From Polaromonas sp. (lineage in GTDB: Bacteria > Pseudomonadota > Gammaproteobacteria > Burkholderiales > Burkholderiaceae_C), in NCBI GenBank assembly GCA_046154065.1, contig JBJXEI010000125.1, forward strand, positions 43,285-107,284: a stretch of 64,000 nucleotides of DNA. Direction: 5' to 3'. Each line of letters begins with the position of its first letter. The stretch's first letter is position 1. A model generated the notes under the pieces. The model was not told where the DNA came from and did not search any database. It worked only from the letters and a program-made list of their open reading frames with translations. Of this stretch, positions 35,106 through 44,220 are shown one piece after another. The position numbers were made by a program, and so were the translations under genes.

Positions 35106-36158
35106 TCAGCCGGCAGCAGCCAACTGGCGGGCCATGCGCACCGCCGCCAGCAAACTGGACGCATCAGCCCGCCCTGTGCCAGCAATATCAAACGCGGTAC
35201 CGTGGTCCGGGCTGGTGCGCACCAAGCCCAGCCCCAGGGTGACATTCACACCCTGCTCCACCCCCAGGTACTTGACCGGAATCAGACCCTGGTCGTGGTA
35301 CATCGCCACCACCACATCAAACTCGCCCGGCCTGTGCGCGGTGTGCCGGGCCCGCATGAACACGGTGTCAGGGGCAAACGGCCCGCTGACGTGCAGACCC
35401 TCTAGACGGGCCGCCTCCAGCGCGGGCGCGATGATGGCTTGCTCTTCCTGACCAAACAACCCACCCTCACCGGCGTGCGGGTTCAACCCAGCCACGGCGA
35501 TGTGCGGGGTGCGACCCAGGCTGGTCCGCAAGGCTTGGTGGGTGATGCGAAGGGTTTGCAGCACGTTGTGAAACGTCACGGCGTCCAGCGCTCGGCGCAG
35601 CGACAGGTGGATGCTGACCAGCACGGTCTTCAACTCGTCATTGGCCAACATCATCCGCACGGGCAAGTCACGCACAGCCACACGGCGGTGCGCTGCGGCT
35701 TCGGCCTGCAACAGCTCGGTATGCCCCGGGAACTCGGCCGCCCAACCGCCCGCCGCGGCCAGCGCTTCCTTGTGGATGGGGGCGGTCACCATGCCGGCGG
35801 CCTGACCACCCAATACCGCTTGCGCGGCAAAACGGATGCAGTCGGCCGCCGCCTGCCCGGCGACAGCGCTGACCTGCCCGAACGGTACCCCCGCAGGCAG
35901 CGAACAGGCCTGAAGCACGCCGATGCACTGCGGCGGCACAGGGGCCAGGTCGTGAAGGCTGGCCAATTGCGCCACGGCCAGTGGTACAGGGCCCGCAGTG
36001 ATCCGGGCGGCCCGCCGCAGTGTGGCGACATCGCCCACTACGACGCAACAACGCAGGTCATCCGGAAAATCACGAAACGCCTTGGCGATGATTTCGGGGC
36101 CGATGCCAGCGGCGTCCCCCATGGTGATCAGCAAGAGCGGTGGTGTCGAGGTGCTCAT
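35106..36158 (-). CDS. pdxA: 4-hydroxythreonine-4-phosphate dehydrogenase family protein
   Basis: MGDAAGIGPE, GHTE, NPHAGE, MYHDQG, RTSPDHGTAFDIAG. Confidence 0.92.
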   Translation of the reverse strand: MSTSTPPLLLITMGDAAGIGPEIIAKAFRDFPDDLRCCVVVGDVATLRRAARITAGPVPLAVAQLASLHDLAPVPPQCIGVLQACSLPAGVPFGQVSAVAGQAAADCIRFAAQAVLGGQAAGMVTAPIHKEALAAAGGWAAEFPGHTELLQAEAAAHRRVAVRDLPVRMMLANDELKTVLVSIHLSLRRALDAVTFHNVLQTLRITHQALRTSLGRTPHIAVAGLNPHAGEGGLFGQEEQAIIAPALEAARLEGLHVSGPFAPDTVFMRARHTAHRPGEFDVVVAMYHDQGLIPVKYLGVEQGVNVTLGLGLVRTSPDHGTAFDIAGTGRADASSLLAAVRMARQLAAAG

Positions 36159-36952
36159 GCCGGGTTGTCGATGTCAATGAATTCATGCGTCAAGCCCAGG
36201 TTGGCCGCCACATGGCCCGCCACGGCTGGCGCGCCATAACGCTCGCTGGCGTGGTGGCCGCAGGCCAGGTAGGCCACACCCATCTCCCGCGCATAGTGCG
36301 CCTGGGGCTCGGAGATTTCACCGGTGATGAAAGCATCTGCTCCGGCGGCGATAGCGGCCTCGAAATAACCCTGCGCGCCACCCGTACACCATGCTATTTT
36401 TTTAATAGCACTCCGGGCAATTGAAACCTGGACAACCGGCCGATTGAGTGTGATTTCAACATGCCGGGCGAGTTCAGCAGCATCCGCAAAGCCGCCACCG
36501 GCGGTGCGCTCGCCCAGCCAGCCCAGATCCTGCTCGCCAAAGCGCCCGCTGCCGCTCAGCCCCAGCGCCAGGCCCAACTGCGCATTGTTGCCCAGCACGG
36601 GGTGCGCATCCAGCGGCAGGTGGTAGGCAAAAAGATTGATGTCATGGGCCAGCAGCAAGGCCAGGCGTTGTTTCATCCAGCCGGTCACACACCCGCTTTG
36701 CCCGCGCCAAAACAGGCCATGGTGGACAAAAACAGCGTCCGCCCCGGCTGCAATCGCCGCTTCAATCAGGGCGCGGCTGGCCGTGACGCCCGAGACGATC
36801 TTGCGAATCGCTGGTCGGCCTTCGACTTGCAGGCCATTGGGGCCGTAGTCCTTGAACCGCGCGGGCTGCAGCAGAGTGTCAAAAGCCTGCAGCACGTCGG
36901 CGCGGCTGACAGAGGCGGTGGTCGCGGGGGGCACAACATGGGGCGTGGTCAT
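36155..36952 (-). CDS. Nif3-like dinuclear metal centre protein (YbgI family)
   Basis: DYGPNGLQV, HHGLFW, YHLPLDAH, GHHASE. Confidence 0.93.
   Translation of the reverse strand: MTTPHVVPPATTASVSRADVLQAFDTLLQPARFKDYGPNGLQVEGRPAIRKIVSGVTASRALIEAAIAAGADAVFVHHGLFWRGQSGCVTGWMKQRLALLLAHDINLFAYHLPLDAHPVLGNNAQLGLALGLSGSGRFGEQDLGWLGERTAGGGFADAAELARHVEITLNRPVVQVSIARSAIKKIAWCTGGAQGYFEAAIAAGADAFITGEISEPQAHYAREMGVAYLACGHHASERYGAPAVAGHVAANLGLTHEFIDIDNPA
36392..36455 (+). repeat. AT-hairpin dispersed repeat, copy E (inside the Nif3 CDS)
   Basis: TGCTATT-T-run-AATAGCActccgggcaattgaaacctggacaaccggccgatt; close to copies C and H. Confidence 0.75.
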
Positions 36953-37082
36953 CGACAGATTGTCGCAGTGACAAGCCCGGAGACTTGAAGATCGTGCATC
37001 AAGCAGCAACTGGAGTGGCGGACAATTCAGCGGTGCGTGACCTGCGCGCACTTGGTAGTTGACCCGACCTGACTGACACTTT

Positions 37083-38273
37083 ATGAAACGCACTTGGCTA
37101 CTTTTTTCCCAAACCGTGACCGTGCTGGTGGCCGCTTATTTCGTCACAGCCACCCTCAAACCGGAATGGCTCAGCCGCAGCAATTCGGTGGCGGGCATTT
37201 CCGTGATCGAAGCCCCCGCCAGCAACGCCCAGCGCGGGGCAGGAGGATCGCCCGGCTTCGGCAGCTTCAGCGCCGCCGCCAAAGTCGCGTCGCCAGCGGT
37301 GGTCAGCATCAACACCAGCAAGGCCGCCGCCCGCAACCCGCACGCCGAAGACCCCTGGTTCAAGTTTTTCTTTGGTGACCAGGGCCAGGGGCAAAACCAG
37401 CCCCAGGGCGGGCTGGGCAGCGGCGTGATCATCAGCCCCAGTGGCTACATCCTGACCAACAACCATGTGGTCGAAGGGGCAGACGAGATCGAGGTCATCC
37501 TGAACGACACGCGCAAGGCCAAAGCCAAGGTGATTGGCACCGACCCGGACACCGACCTGGCGATCCTGAAAATCGAGTTGGACAAGCTGCCGGTCATCGT
37601 GCTGGGCAATTCCGACACACTGGCCGTGGGTGACGCGGTGCTGGCCATTGGCAACCCGTTTGGGGTGGGCCAGACGGTGACGGGCGGCATCGTCAGCGCA
37701 CTGGGCCGCAACCAGTTGGGCATCAACACATTCGAGAATTTCATCCAGACTGACGCGGCCATCAACCCCGGCAACTCGGGCGGGGCGCTGGTGGACGTCA
37801 ACGGCGCGCTGATGGGCATCAACACGGCGATTTATTCGCGCTCGGGCGGCTCCATGGGCATTGGCTTTGCCATCCCGGTGTCCACCGCCAAGCAGGTGCT
37901 GGAAGGCATCGTGAAGGACGGGCAGGTCACCCGAGGCTGGATTGGCGTGGAGCCGCAAGAAATCAACGCCGAGCTGCTGGAGACCTTTGGCATCAAGCCC
38001 GAGGTTCTGCAAACCGGCGGCGTCATCATCACCGGGGTGCTGCAGAACGGCCCAGCCGCGCAGGCGGGGCTGCAGCCAGGGGACGTGATCACGGCGGTCA
38101 ACGGCAAGGGTGTGGCCAGTGTCAGCCAATTGCTCACCGCCGTGGCGGGCCTGAAGCCCGGCACCCCCGCACCGCTGATGGTGCTGCGCAAAAGCGGCTC
38201 TGCCGAAATGGCGGTGACGCCGGGCAAGCGTGAGCGGCCCACCGCCCAACGGCCTCAAACCAACCAGCGTTGA
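37083..38273 (+). CDS. HtrA/DegQ-like serine protease with one PDZ domain
   Basis: TNNHVV, DLA and GNSGGAL catalytic triad motifs; C-terminal PDZ. Confidence 0.93.
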   Translation: MKRTWLLFSQTVTVLVAAYFVTATLKPEWLSRSNSVAGISVIEAPASNAQRGAGGSPGFGSFSAAAKVASPAVVSINTSKAAARNPHAEDPWFKFFFGDQGQGQNQPQGGLGSGVIISPSGYILTNNHVVEGADEIEVILNDTRKAKAKVIGTDPDTDLAILKIELDKLPVIVLGNSDTLAVGDAVLAIGNPFGVGQTVTGGIVSALGRNQLGINTFENFIQTDAAINPGNSGGALVDVNGALMGINTAIYSRSGGSMGIGFAIPVSTAKQVLEGIVKDGQVTRGWIGVEPQEINAELLETFGIKPEVLQTGGVIITGVLQNGPAAQAGLQPGDVITAVNGKGVASVSQLLTAVAGLKPGTPAPLMVLRKSGSAEMAVTPGKRERPTAQRPQTNQR

Positions 38274-38370
38274 TTGATCCTGCACGGGACCGCCTGAATT
38301 TATCGCCCCCAAATACCGCTGAAACCCGTCAAAAGCCCCCAACACAGCCCCGAAAAACCTGGACCGGCTG

Positions 38371-38436
38371 TTTTTGTAGCCGAATCCGGTGCCAGCCTAC
38401 GCTTTTCATGCCGGTTCCGCTATTAAAACAGTAGCA
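38371..38436 (-). repeat. AT-hairpin dispersed repeat, copy F
   Basis: Reverse complement TGCTACTGTTTTAATAGCggaaccggcatgaaaagcgtaggctggcaccggattcggctac. Confidence 0.72.
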
Positions 38437-38498
38437 ACCAGTGCAGTGATCGGCGGGGTCTGCTAGAAGGCAGACTCTATCAACCCACCACTGGTAGA

Positions 38499-39293
38499 TC
38501 AGGGTTTGGCCGTCTCGCTGTCGGACGCCGGGGCCTTGGTGTTTTTGATGAACAACAGCGCCGCCACAATGCCCACTTCATACAAACCACCCACCACCGC
38601 CAGCAGCATGATCATGGAGCCTGCGTCAGGGGGCGTCACCAGCGCCGTGCCAATCGCGGCAGCCACCCAGAAGTAGCCCCGATATTCACGCAGCTGAGCC
38701 ACCGTGATGACCCCCATGCGCACCAACAAAATCACCGCAATCGGCACCTCGAACGCCAAACCGAACGCCAGGAACATGCCCAGCACGAAGTTGAGGTACT
38801 CCTCGATGTCAGGCGCGGCGGTGATCGACTTGGGTGCAAAGCTCTGGATGAAGCTGAAAACCTGCCCAAACACCACAAAGTAGGAAAAGGCCACGCCGAT
38901 GAAAAACAGCAGCGTGCTGGAAATCACCAGCGGCATCACGAGTTTTTTCTCATGCGAGTACAGGCCAGGCGCCACAAAGGCCCAGACCTGGTAGAGAACC
39001 ACCGGCAGCGCAATCATGAAAGCCGCCATGAACAAGATCTTGATCGGCACCACAAACGGTGAAATCACGTTGGTGGCGATCAGGGTGGCCCCGGCGGGCA
39101 GCGTGGCCACCAGCGGTGCAGCCATGATGTCGTACAGCGCGCCTGGACCAGGGAACAGGGCCAGCGCGGCAGCGGCAATGCCCACCGCAATCACCGCCTT
39201 GATCATCCGGTCACGCAGCTCCATCAGGTGCTGCACAAAAGGCTGTTCAGAACCGGCGAGTTCGTCGGGCTTGTCGGTGTGGGGGTCGCTCAT
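38499..39293 (-). CDS. tatC: Twin-arginine translocase subunit C
   Basis: HLMELRDR, FVAPGLY, FEVP, TPPD. Confidence 0.97.
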   Translation of the reverse strand: MSDPHTDKPDELAGSEQPFVQHLMELRDRMIKAVIAVGIAAAALALFPGPGALYDIMAAPLVATLPAGATLIATNVISPFVVPIKILFMAAFMIALPVVLYQVWAFVAPGLYSHEKKLVMPLVISSTLLFFIGVAFSYFVVFGQVFSFIQSFAPKSITAAPDIEEYLNFVLGMFLAFGLAFEVPIAVILLVRMGVITVAQLREYRGYFWVAAAIGTALVTPPDAGSMIMLLAVVGGLYEVGIVAALLFIKNTKAPASDSETAKP

Positions 39294-39391
39294 GGGGTGT
39301 GGGCTCTAGCGTTTCGCTGCGGTTGAATCAGATGAGGGGCACGCCAGAAGAGCGCACCATGACGTCAGGCCATCGGCGCCAAGCCGACGCT

Positions 39392-39868
39392 TCAGGCACT
39401 GCGGCCGGGCTGGGGGCGAAAACGTGCCACCCGTGCGGCACCGGACTGCGCCCGGGTGCGCACGCCGGAGCGCGCCTTGAACCACTGCGGGGTCGCGCCC
39501 GTCTTGAGCCGCCAGTTTTTCTTCGGGTGCCGGTACTCGGGAAACATCTCCGGCCCGCTGAGCGTGCTGGCAGGTGTGCCGGCGGCATCAGAAGTCGATT
39601 CGGCCCATGATTTTTCAAAGTCGCTGGCGCTGGTGTGGATGGAGTTTTCAACATCACGGGCCGCGCCCTCGACGTCTTCCTTCATCTTTTTCAGCTCGTC
39701 CAGCTCCATCGAACGGTTGACCTCCTGCTTCACGTCGGCCACATAGCGCTGCGCCTTGCCCAGCAAGGTGCCCACGGTGCGGGCCACGCGCGGGAGCTTC
39801 TCGGGGCCGATGACGATCAATGCCACAGCACCGATCAGTGCAATTTTGGAAACACCAAGATCAATCAC
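39392..39868 (-). CDS. tatB: Twin-arginine translocase subunit B
   Basis: [11 protein letters not shown]. Confidence 0.95.
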   Translation of the reverse strand: MIDLGVSKIALIGAVALIVIGPEKLPRVARTVGTLLGKAQRYVADVKQEVNRSMELDELKKMKEDVEGAARDVENSIHTSASDFEKSWAESTSDAAGTPASTLSGPEMFPEYRHPKKNWRLKTGATPQWFKARSGVRTRAQSGAARVARFRPQPGRSA

Positions 39869-39912
39869 AGCGGTCTACACCAAGCCAAAACGGACAGTTG
39901 CAACGGGATGGA

Positions 39913-40155
39913 TCAAGATTTTTGCCGAGCTTCCACGTCAATCGTGGTTTTGTCAGCCGCTTGCGCGTTGGTGACCTGGCCAGCGGGCGCGTCAGCCTTG
40001 GGGTCGGCAGTTGCGCCGCCTTCTTTCATGCCGTCCTTGAAGCCCTTGACCGCACCACCGAGGTCACCGCCGATGTTTTTGAGCTTCTTGGTGCCGAACA
40101 CCATGACCACGATCAACAGAACGATCAGCCAATGCCAAATTGAAAATGAACCCAT
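39913..40155 (-). CDS. tatA: Twin-arginine translocase subunit A
   Basis: [12 protein letters not shown]...FGTKKL. Confidence 0.97.
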   Translation of the reverse strand: MGSFSIWHWLIVLLIVVMVFGTKKLKNIGGDLGGAVKGFKDGMKEGGATADPKADAPAGQVTNAQAADKTTIDVEARQKS

Positions 40156-40332
40156 ATCTCGCTCCTAATCAGTAATTGCAGGTTTGCAGCAGTGCCGCGA
40201 CCCAAGTCATTCTAAAGCCCTGATGTGACGCCACACACCACACCTTCAGGGATCACCATTTGCGTCCAAGGGGCGCCCCGTTGAATGGACTCACCCCCCG
40301 GCGAGATGGTTCCGTTGCATGGGGCAACACAC

Positions 40333-40686
40333 CTAGCCGCGAAGCCAGGGCCGTGGGCCGCCCATGACGTGCAGGTGCAGGTGGTGCACTTCCTGCCCAC
40401 CTTCCGAGCCGGTGTTCGTGACCATCCGGAAACCACCTTCAGGGTAGGGGTTGCAACCCTGCTCAGTCGCCAGCTTCGGGGCCAGCACCATCATGCGCCC
40501 CAGCAGCGCTTCATGCTCGGGCCCCACCTGCGCCATGGAAGCGATGTGGGCTTTCGGAATCAGCAAAAAATGCACTGGTGCCCAGGGGTTGATGTCATGG
40601 AACGCCAAGATTTCATCGTCCTCATAGACCTTGCGGCTGGGAATGGTGCCAGCGGCGATTTTGCAGAAAAGGCAGTTCTCGCTCAT
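40333..40686 (-). CDS. Histidine triad (HIT) nucleotide-binding protein
   Basis: CLFCKI and HLHLH motifs. Confidence 0.93.
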   Translation of the reverse strand: MSENCLFCKIAAGTIPSRKVYEDDEILAFHDINPWAPVHFLLIPKAHIASMAQVGPEHEALLGRMMVLAPKLATEQGCNPYPEGGFRMVTNTGSEGGQEVHHLHLHVMGGPRPWLRG

Positions 40687-41063
40687 GCACCCGCTCCATC
40701 CGCGCTGACCATGGGCCGCTGCTGGTTCATGCGCACCATGCCCTTGACGATGCGGTACAAAAACCAGATGGAGATGATGCCCCAGGCGATCCAGCCCGGC
40801 ACCACAAACAGCAGCCACAACGGAAACGTCACGATGTACAAAATACCGGCCCACAACACCGAGCGGATGCGGTAGCTGAAGTGCGACGCCAGCCAGGTGC
40901 CCTCGGCATCACTTTTTTTGACCAGATCAATCACCAGGGCCACCACCAGCAGGGCCGGGCCCCACTGCCCCCCGGGGACCACAGCCCCCACAGCCACGAC
41001 CAAGTGCAGCAGGTAGCTGACCAAACTGACGGTTTTCAACGATTCAACGCTGTCCTGGCTCAT
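40683..41063 (-). CDS. DUF4870-like membrane protein
   Basis: SHFSYRIRS, WFLYRIVKG; three hydrophobic segments. Confidence 0.75.
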   Translation of the reverse strand: MSQDSVESLKTVSLVSYLLHLVVAVGAVVPGGQWGPALLVVALVIDLVKKSDAEGTWLASHFSYRIRSVLWAGILYIVTFPLWLLFVVPGWIAWGIISIWFLYRIVKGMVRMNQQRPMVSADGAGA

Positions 41064-41079
41064 CGGGGGCTCCTTGGTG

Positions 41080-41469
41080 TCAAGACTCACTGGCTTCGCG
41101 CAGCAGCGACTTGCGCAGCGCTTTTTCTTCAATCCCGCTGGTGCCGGCCCGGCGCTCCAGCTCGGCCACCACGTCGGCCGGGGCCAGGCCGTAGTGCGCC
41201 AGCGCGATCATGCTGTGAAACCACAGATCAGCCACCTCACCGACCAGCTTGGCCTGCAGCGCCGGGGTGGCACCGCCGTAGTCGATGTCCTTGGCAGCCA
41301 TCACGGCCTCGGTCGCTTCTTCACCAATTTTTTTCAGGAAGGCGTCAGGGCCTTTGTGCAGCAAGCGGGCGACGTAGCTGCTCTCAGGGTCGCCGCCGCG
41401 GGCAGGCAGACGGCTTTCAATGGTGCGCGCCAGGCGCTCAAGCGAATCCAGGGTGTTCTCAGGGGTCAT
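41080..41469 (-). CDS. hisE: Phosphoribosyl-ATP diphosphatase
   Basis: [23 protein letters not shown]. Confidence 0.96.
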   Translation of the reverse strand: MTPENTLDSLERLARTIESRLPARGGDPESSYVARLLHKGPDAFLKKIGEEATEAVMAAKDIDYGGATPALQAKLVGEVADLWFHSMIALAHYGLAPADVVAELERRAGTSGIEEKALRKSLLREASES

Positions 41470-41476
41470 GTGCTGC

Positions 41477-41866
41477 TTATTTGTAGATGCTGGCGGGGTC
41501 TTTCAAGACCGGGTCAACCGCGACCCATTCACCATTTTTGTAGATGCTGAAAAAACAGCTGTGACGGCCGGTGTGGCACGCAATGCCTGGCTCATGGCCC
41601 AGCTGGGTGATTTTGAGCAGCACCACGTCGTTGTCGCAGTCCACGCGGATCTCATGCACCGTCTGCACGTGGCCGGACTCTTCACCCTTGTGCCACAGCT
41701 TGCCGCGTGAGCGGCTGAAGTACACCGCGCGCCCCAGCTCAGCGGTGAGTTGCAAGGCCTCGCGGTTCATCCATGCAAACATCAGCACGTCGCCAGTCGT
41801 GGCCTCTTGCGCAATCGCGGGCACCAGGCCCTTGTCGTCCCATCGGATGTTGTCTAACCAGTTCAT
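41477..41866 (-). CDS. hisI: Phosphoribosyl-AMP cyclohydrolase
   Basis: [27 protein letters not shown]. Confidence 0.96.
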   Translation of the reverse strand: MNWLDNIRWDDKGLVPAIAQEATTGDVLMFAWMNREALQLTAELGRAVYFSRSRGKLWHKGEESGHVQTVHEIRVDCDNDVVLLKITQLGHEPGIACHTGRHSCFFSIYKNGEWVAVDPVLKDPASIYK

Positions 41867-41975
41867 GGCGTCGATTGTCGGTGATTGTTGGGCCTGAAAA
41901 ATGCGGGCTATTTTGCGTCTCAGATTGACCACGCCGCACCGGAATCTGGCCCAAGCACCCTTCATAATTACGGAC

Positions 41976-42626
41976 ATGCTCGACCGTCTTGCCCTGCTCT
42001 GGAAATCGCGCGAACGCCTTTCCACCCAGGAGTGGGAAGAGCTGTTCGGCCTGGTCAGCGGTGTGTTGAGCCGCGCCCGCCTGCTTCAGGGGCACGCGCT
42101 GAGTCGCCAGGAGCTGGTGCATGATTTTTTCGTGGACAAGCTGTTGTTCGGCCGCTCGGACGCTGCGCCCTTCAATGAGGCCACCTTGCTGTTTTACTTC
42201 AAGCGCTACCAATATGACCGGTTGCCGCCCCCAGACAGTGCTGACGCGTCCACTGCAGAAGTGGGCGGCCACGGCTGTCTGGCCGACGACACCCTGTTCC
42301 TCAACAAACGTGAGCCCCGGATTCATGCCTTTTTTGACGCGTTGACGGATGAGGAAAAGCTGCTCGTCGCGCTGGTCCAGTGTGAGGACCATTCCGTGCT
42401 GGAGGTTGAGCAGCAACACGCCATCCGCAGCGGCGCCTACCGGGCACGCCAACTGGGCATTGTGTTGTCGAAAAATGCGATGCCCGCCAGCTGGCGAGAC
42501 ACCAAACTAGGCCGCACCGTGATGGGTGACATGGGCATCGCCATCAGCGACCACCACAAACCGGACCTGCTGCAGGTGTTCCGGCTGCTGTGTGCCAAAG
42601 CTGGCGACTGGTGGAGGCAACGATGA
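41976..42626 (+). CDS. Divergent ECF-like sigma factor (putative)
   Basis: 216 aa; sigma2-like WEELF..V...[12 protein letters not shown]...[10 protein letters not shown], acidic linker, sigma4-like [13 protein letters not shown]...SVLEV; stop overlaps next ATG (ATGA). Confidence 0.55.
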   Translation: MLDRLALLWKSRERLSTQEWEELFGLVSGVLSRARLLQGHALSRQELVHDFFVDKLLFGRSDAAPFNEATLLFYFKRYQYDRLPPPDSADASTAEVGGHGCLADDTLFLNKREPRIHAFFDALTDEEKLLVALVQCEDHSVLEVEQQHAIRSGAYRARQLGIVLSKNAMPASWRDTKLGRTVMGDMGIAISDHHKPDLLQVFRLLCAKAGDWWRQR

Positions 42627-43738
42627 CAGGCACGTCAGAACTCATCCCGGCGTTGAAGGTGATCGAGTCAGGGCTTTTTCCTGATGCTTTGCACCCCGGG
42701 GCCGGTGCCACAGACACCGAAGCCACCCCCACCGCGGACGACGCCCTGCAGGTGCCACCCCTGTCCGCCAACATGCAGCAACTGATGGTGCGCCGCGTTG
42801 AAAGCAACGCACGCACTTCAGACGTCAACATGCCACTTCAACCGGGCCAGATCCGCTGGTTGCAGGCAGCGCCCGGCAGCGAGTGGCCACTGGCCATGCT
42901 GGTCGGCGCCACCCACGGACCACGCGTGCAAGGATGGCTGGTGGCCAGTGAGGCGCTGTATGCGTCGCCCCAGGACTGGCTGCTGCAGGACACCGAACTG
43001 CGCACCGCAGCGGACCCGCGCTGCGCCATGGTCCAGTTGTGGAACCCGCTAGACCTGGACATCACGGTTGCCAACCCCCTGGGCAACTGTGCCGGTGAAT
43101 TGACCGCCGAGGCGTTCAGCCAGCTGGGCAGTGTGGCGCTTCAGATCCACCGCCCAGCCGTGAGCCCTGTCGGCGTTGCCCCCGCGCCGGGCCGTTTTGG
43201 CCTGCACGACATCGATGGCGTGGCATTTGTCTGCGGCTCGCCGCTGGGCCCACGGCCTTCCAGCGACGTGCGTCACCGCTACCGCTATCTTTACCTGCTG
43301 TGGGCTCAACAACTGCAGCGCCAGCACGGCAGCCCGGCAGCCGCCGCCCTGCCAGCAGCCGCCAACCTGCCCTTCTGGCGGCGACGCGACACCTGGCGCG
43401 GCGCGGGCCTGGCGGCGGTGCTGATGCTGGCCGTTGCACTGCCTCTGAGTTGGCTGAGCGTGACCGACACGGACACCTCATCCACCCGAAACGCCGGCCA
43501 GCCGACTTCAAACTTTGGCCTGTCTGACCGTTTTGTGGTCATGGATGTTCAATTCTCCCGCTCGGCAACCCTGCGTGACATCACCGACCTGCTGCAAACC
43601 GCCCAGGCCGAGATCGTGGCCGGACCGCTTGACTCGGGCGCCTACCGCGTGGCGTTTGACATCGCCCAACGCGACACGGCTCTGTTGCGCCTGAACAACC
43701 CCACGCTGGTCGTCAGCATCCGCCCCGCCGAGCGGTGA
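42623..43738 (+). CDS. Putative membrane-anchored anti-sigma factor (cytoplasmic domain, one TM, periplasmic domain)
   Basis: Coupled to the sigma-like gene; TM GAGLAAVLMLAVALPLSWL; C-terminal VQF..SATLRDITDLL...AEIVAGP..SGAYRV motif. Confidence 0.55.
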   Translation: MTGTSELIPALKVIESGLFPDALHPGAGATDTEATPTADDALQVPPLSANMQQLMVRRVESNARTSDVNMPLQPGQIRWLQAAPGSEWPLAMLVGATHGPRVQGWLVASEALYASPQDWLLQDTELRTAADPRCAMVQLWNPLDLDITVANPLGNCAGELTAEAFSQLGSVALQIHRPAVSPVGVAPAPGRFGLHDIDGVAFVCGSPLGPRPSSDVRHRYRYLYLLWAQQLQRQHGSPAAAALPAAANLPFWRRRDTWRGAGLAAVLMLAVALPLSWLSVTDTDTSSTRNAGQPTSNFGLSDRFVVMDVQFSRSATLRDITDLLQTAQAEIVAGPLDSGAYRVAFDIAQRDTALLRLNNPTLVVSIRPAER

Positions 43739-43765
43739 GCTGACGCCATCCACACCCGCCACGCC

Positions 43766-44218
43766 ATGACTGACAAAAACCAACTCGCACCACCGCACCA
43801 GCCTCCAGCCCCACCGGCCCGCCTGGGGTGGCTGGGCCACCTGGGTGCTTTTTTCTCCAACAACGCCTGGCTCAGCCTGTTCACGCTGCTGCTGTTGCTC
43901 GGCTTGGTGGGCGGGTTGTGGCATTTCACCGACAGGCTGCAGCCGCCTGCCACGGGCAAAGCCCCGCTGAGCCGCAGCCTGGGCGCGGTGCCTTCCTCCG
44001 CGCCCTGCGGCCAGGTGCTGGCGATTTTCCGGCCCGAAGCCACGCTGCGGCAAATCAGCGGCCTGTTGCAAAGCGTGGACGCGGTCCTGGTTTACGGTCC
44101 CGATGAAAACGGCGCTTTTGAGCTGAAAGTGCCGGCACGCCTGGCGCGTGCCACCGCGCAAGCGCTTGAAAAATCCCCCATCACCCACGTTGCCAGTGCC
44201 CGACCGGAGTGCTTTTGA
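43766..44218 (+). CDS. Single-TM protein, stand-alone paralog of the anti-sigma periplasmic domain
   Basis: TM then AIFRPEATLRQISGLL...AVLVYGP..NGAFEL; two Cys flank the domain. Confidence 0.7.
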   Translation: MTDKNQLAPPHQPPAPPARLGWLGHLGAFFSNNAWLSLFTLLLLLGLVGGLWHFTDRLQPPATGKAPLSRSLGAVPSSAPCGQVLAIFRPEATLRQISGLLQSVDAVLVYGPDENGAFELKVPARLARATAQALEKSPITHVASARPECF

Positions 44219-44220
44219 GC

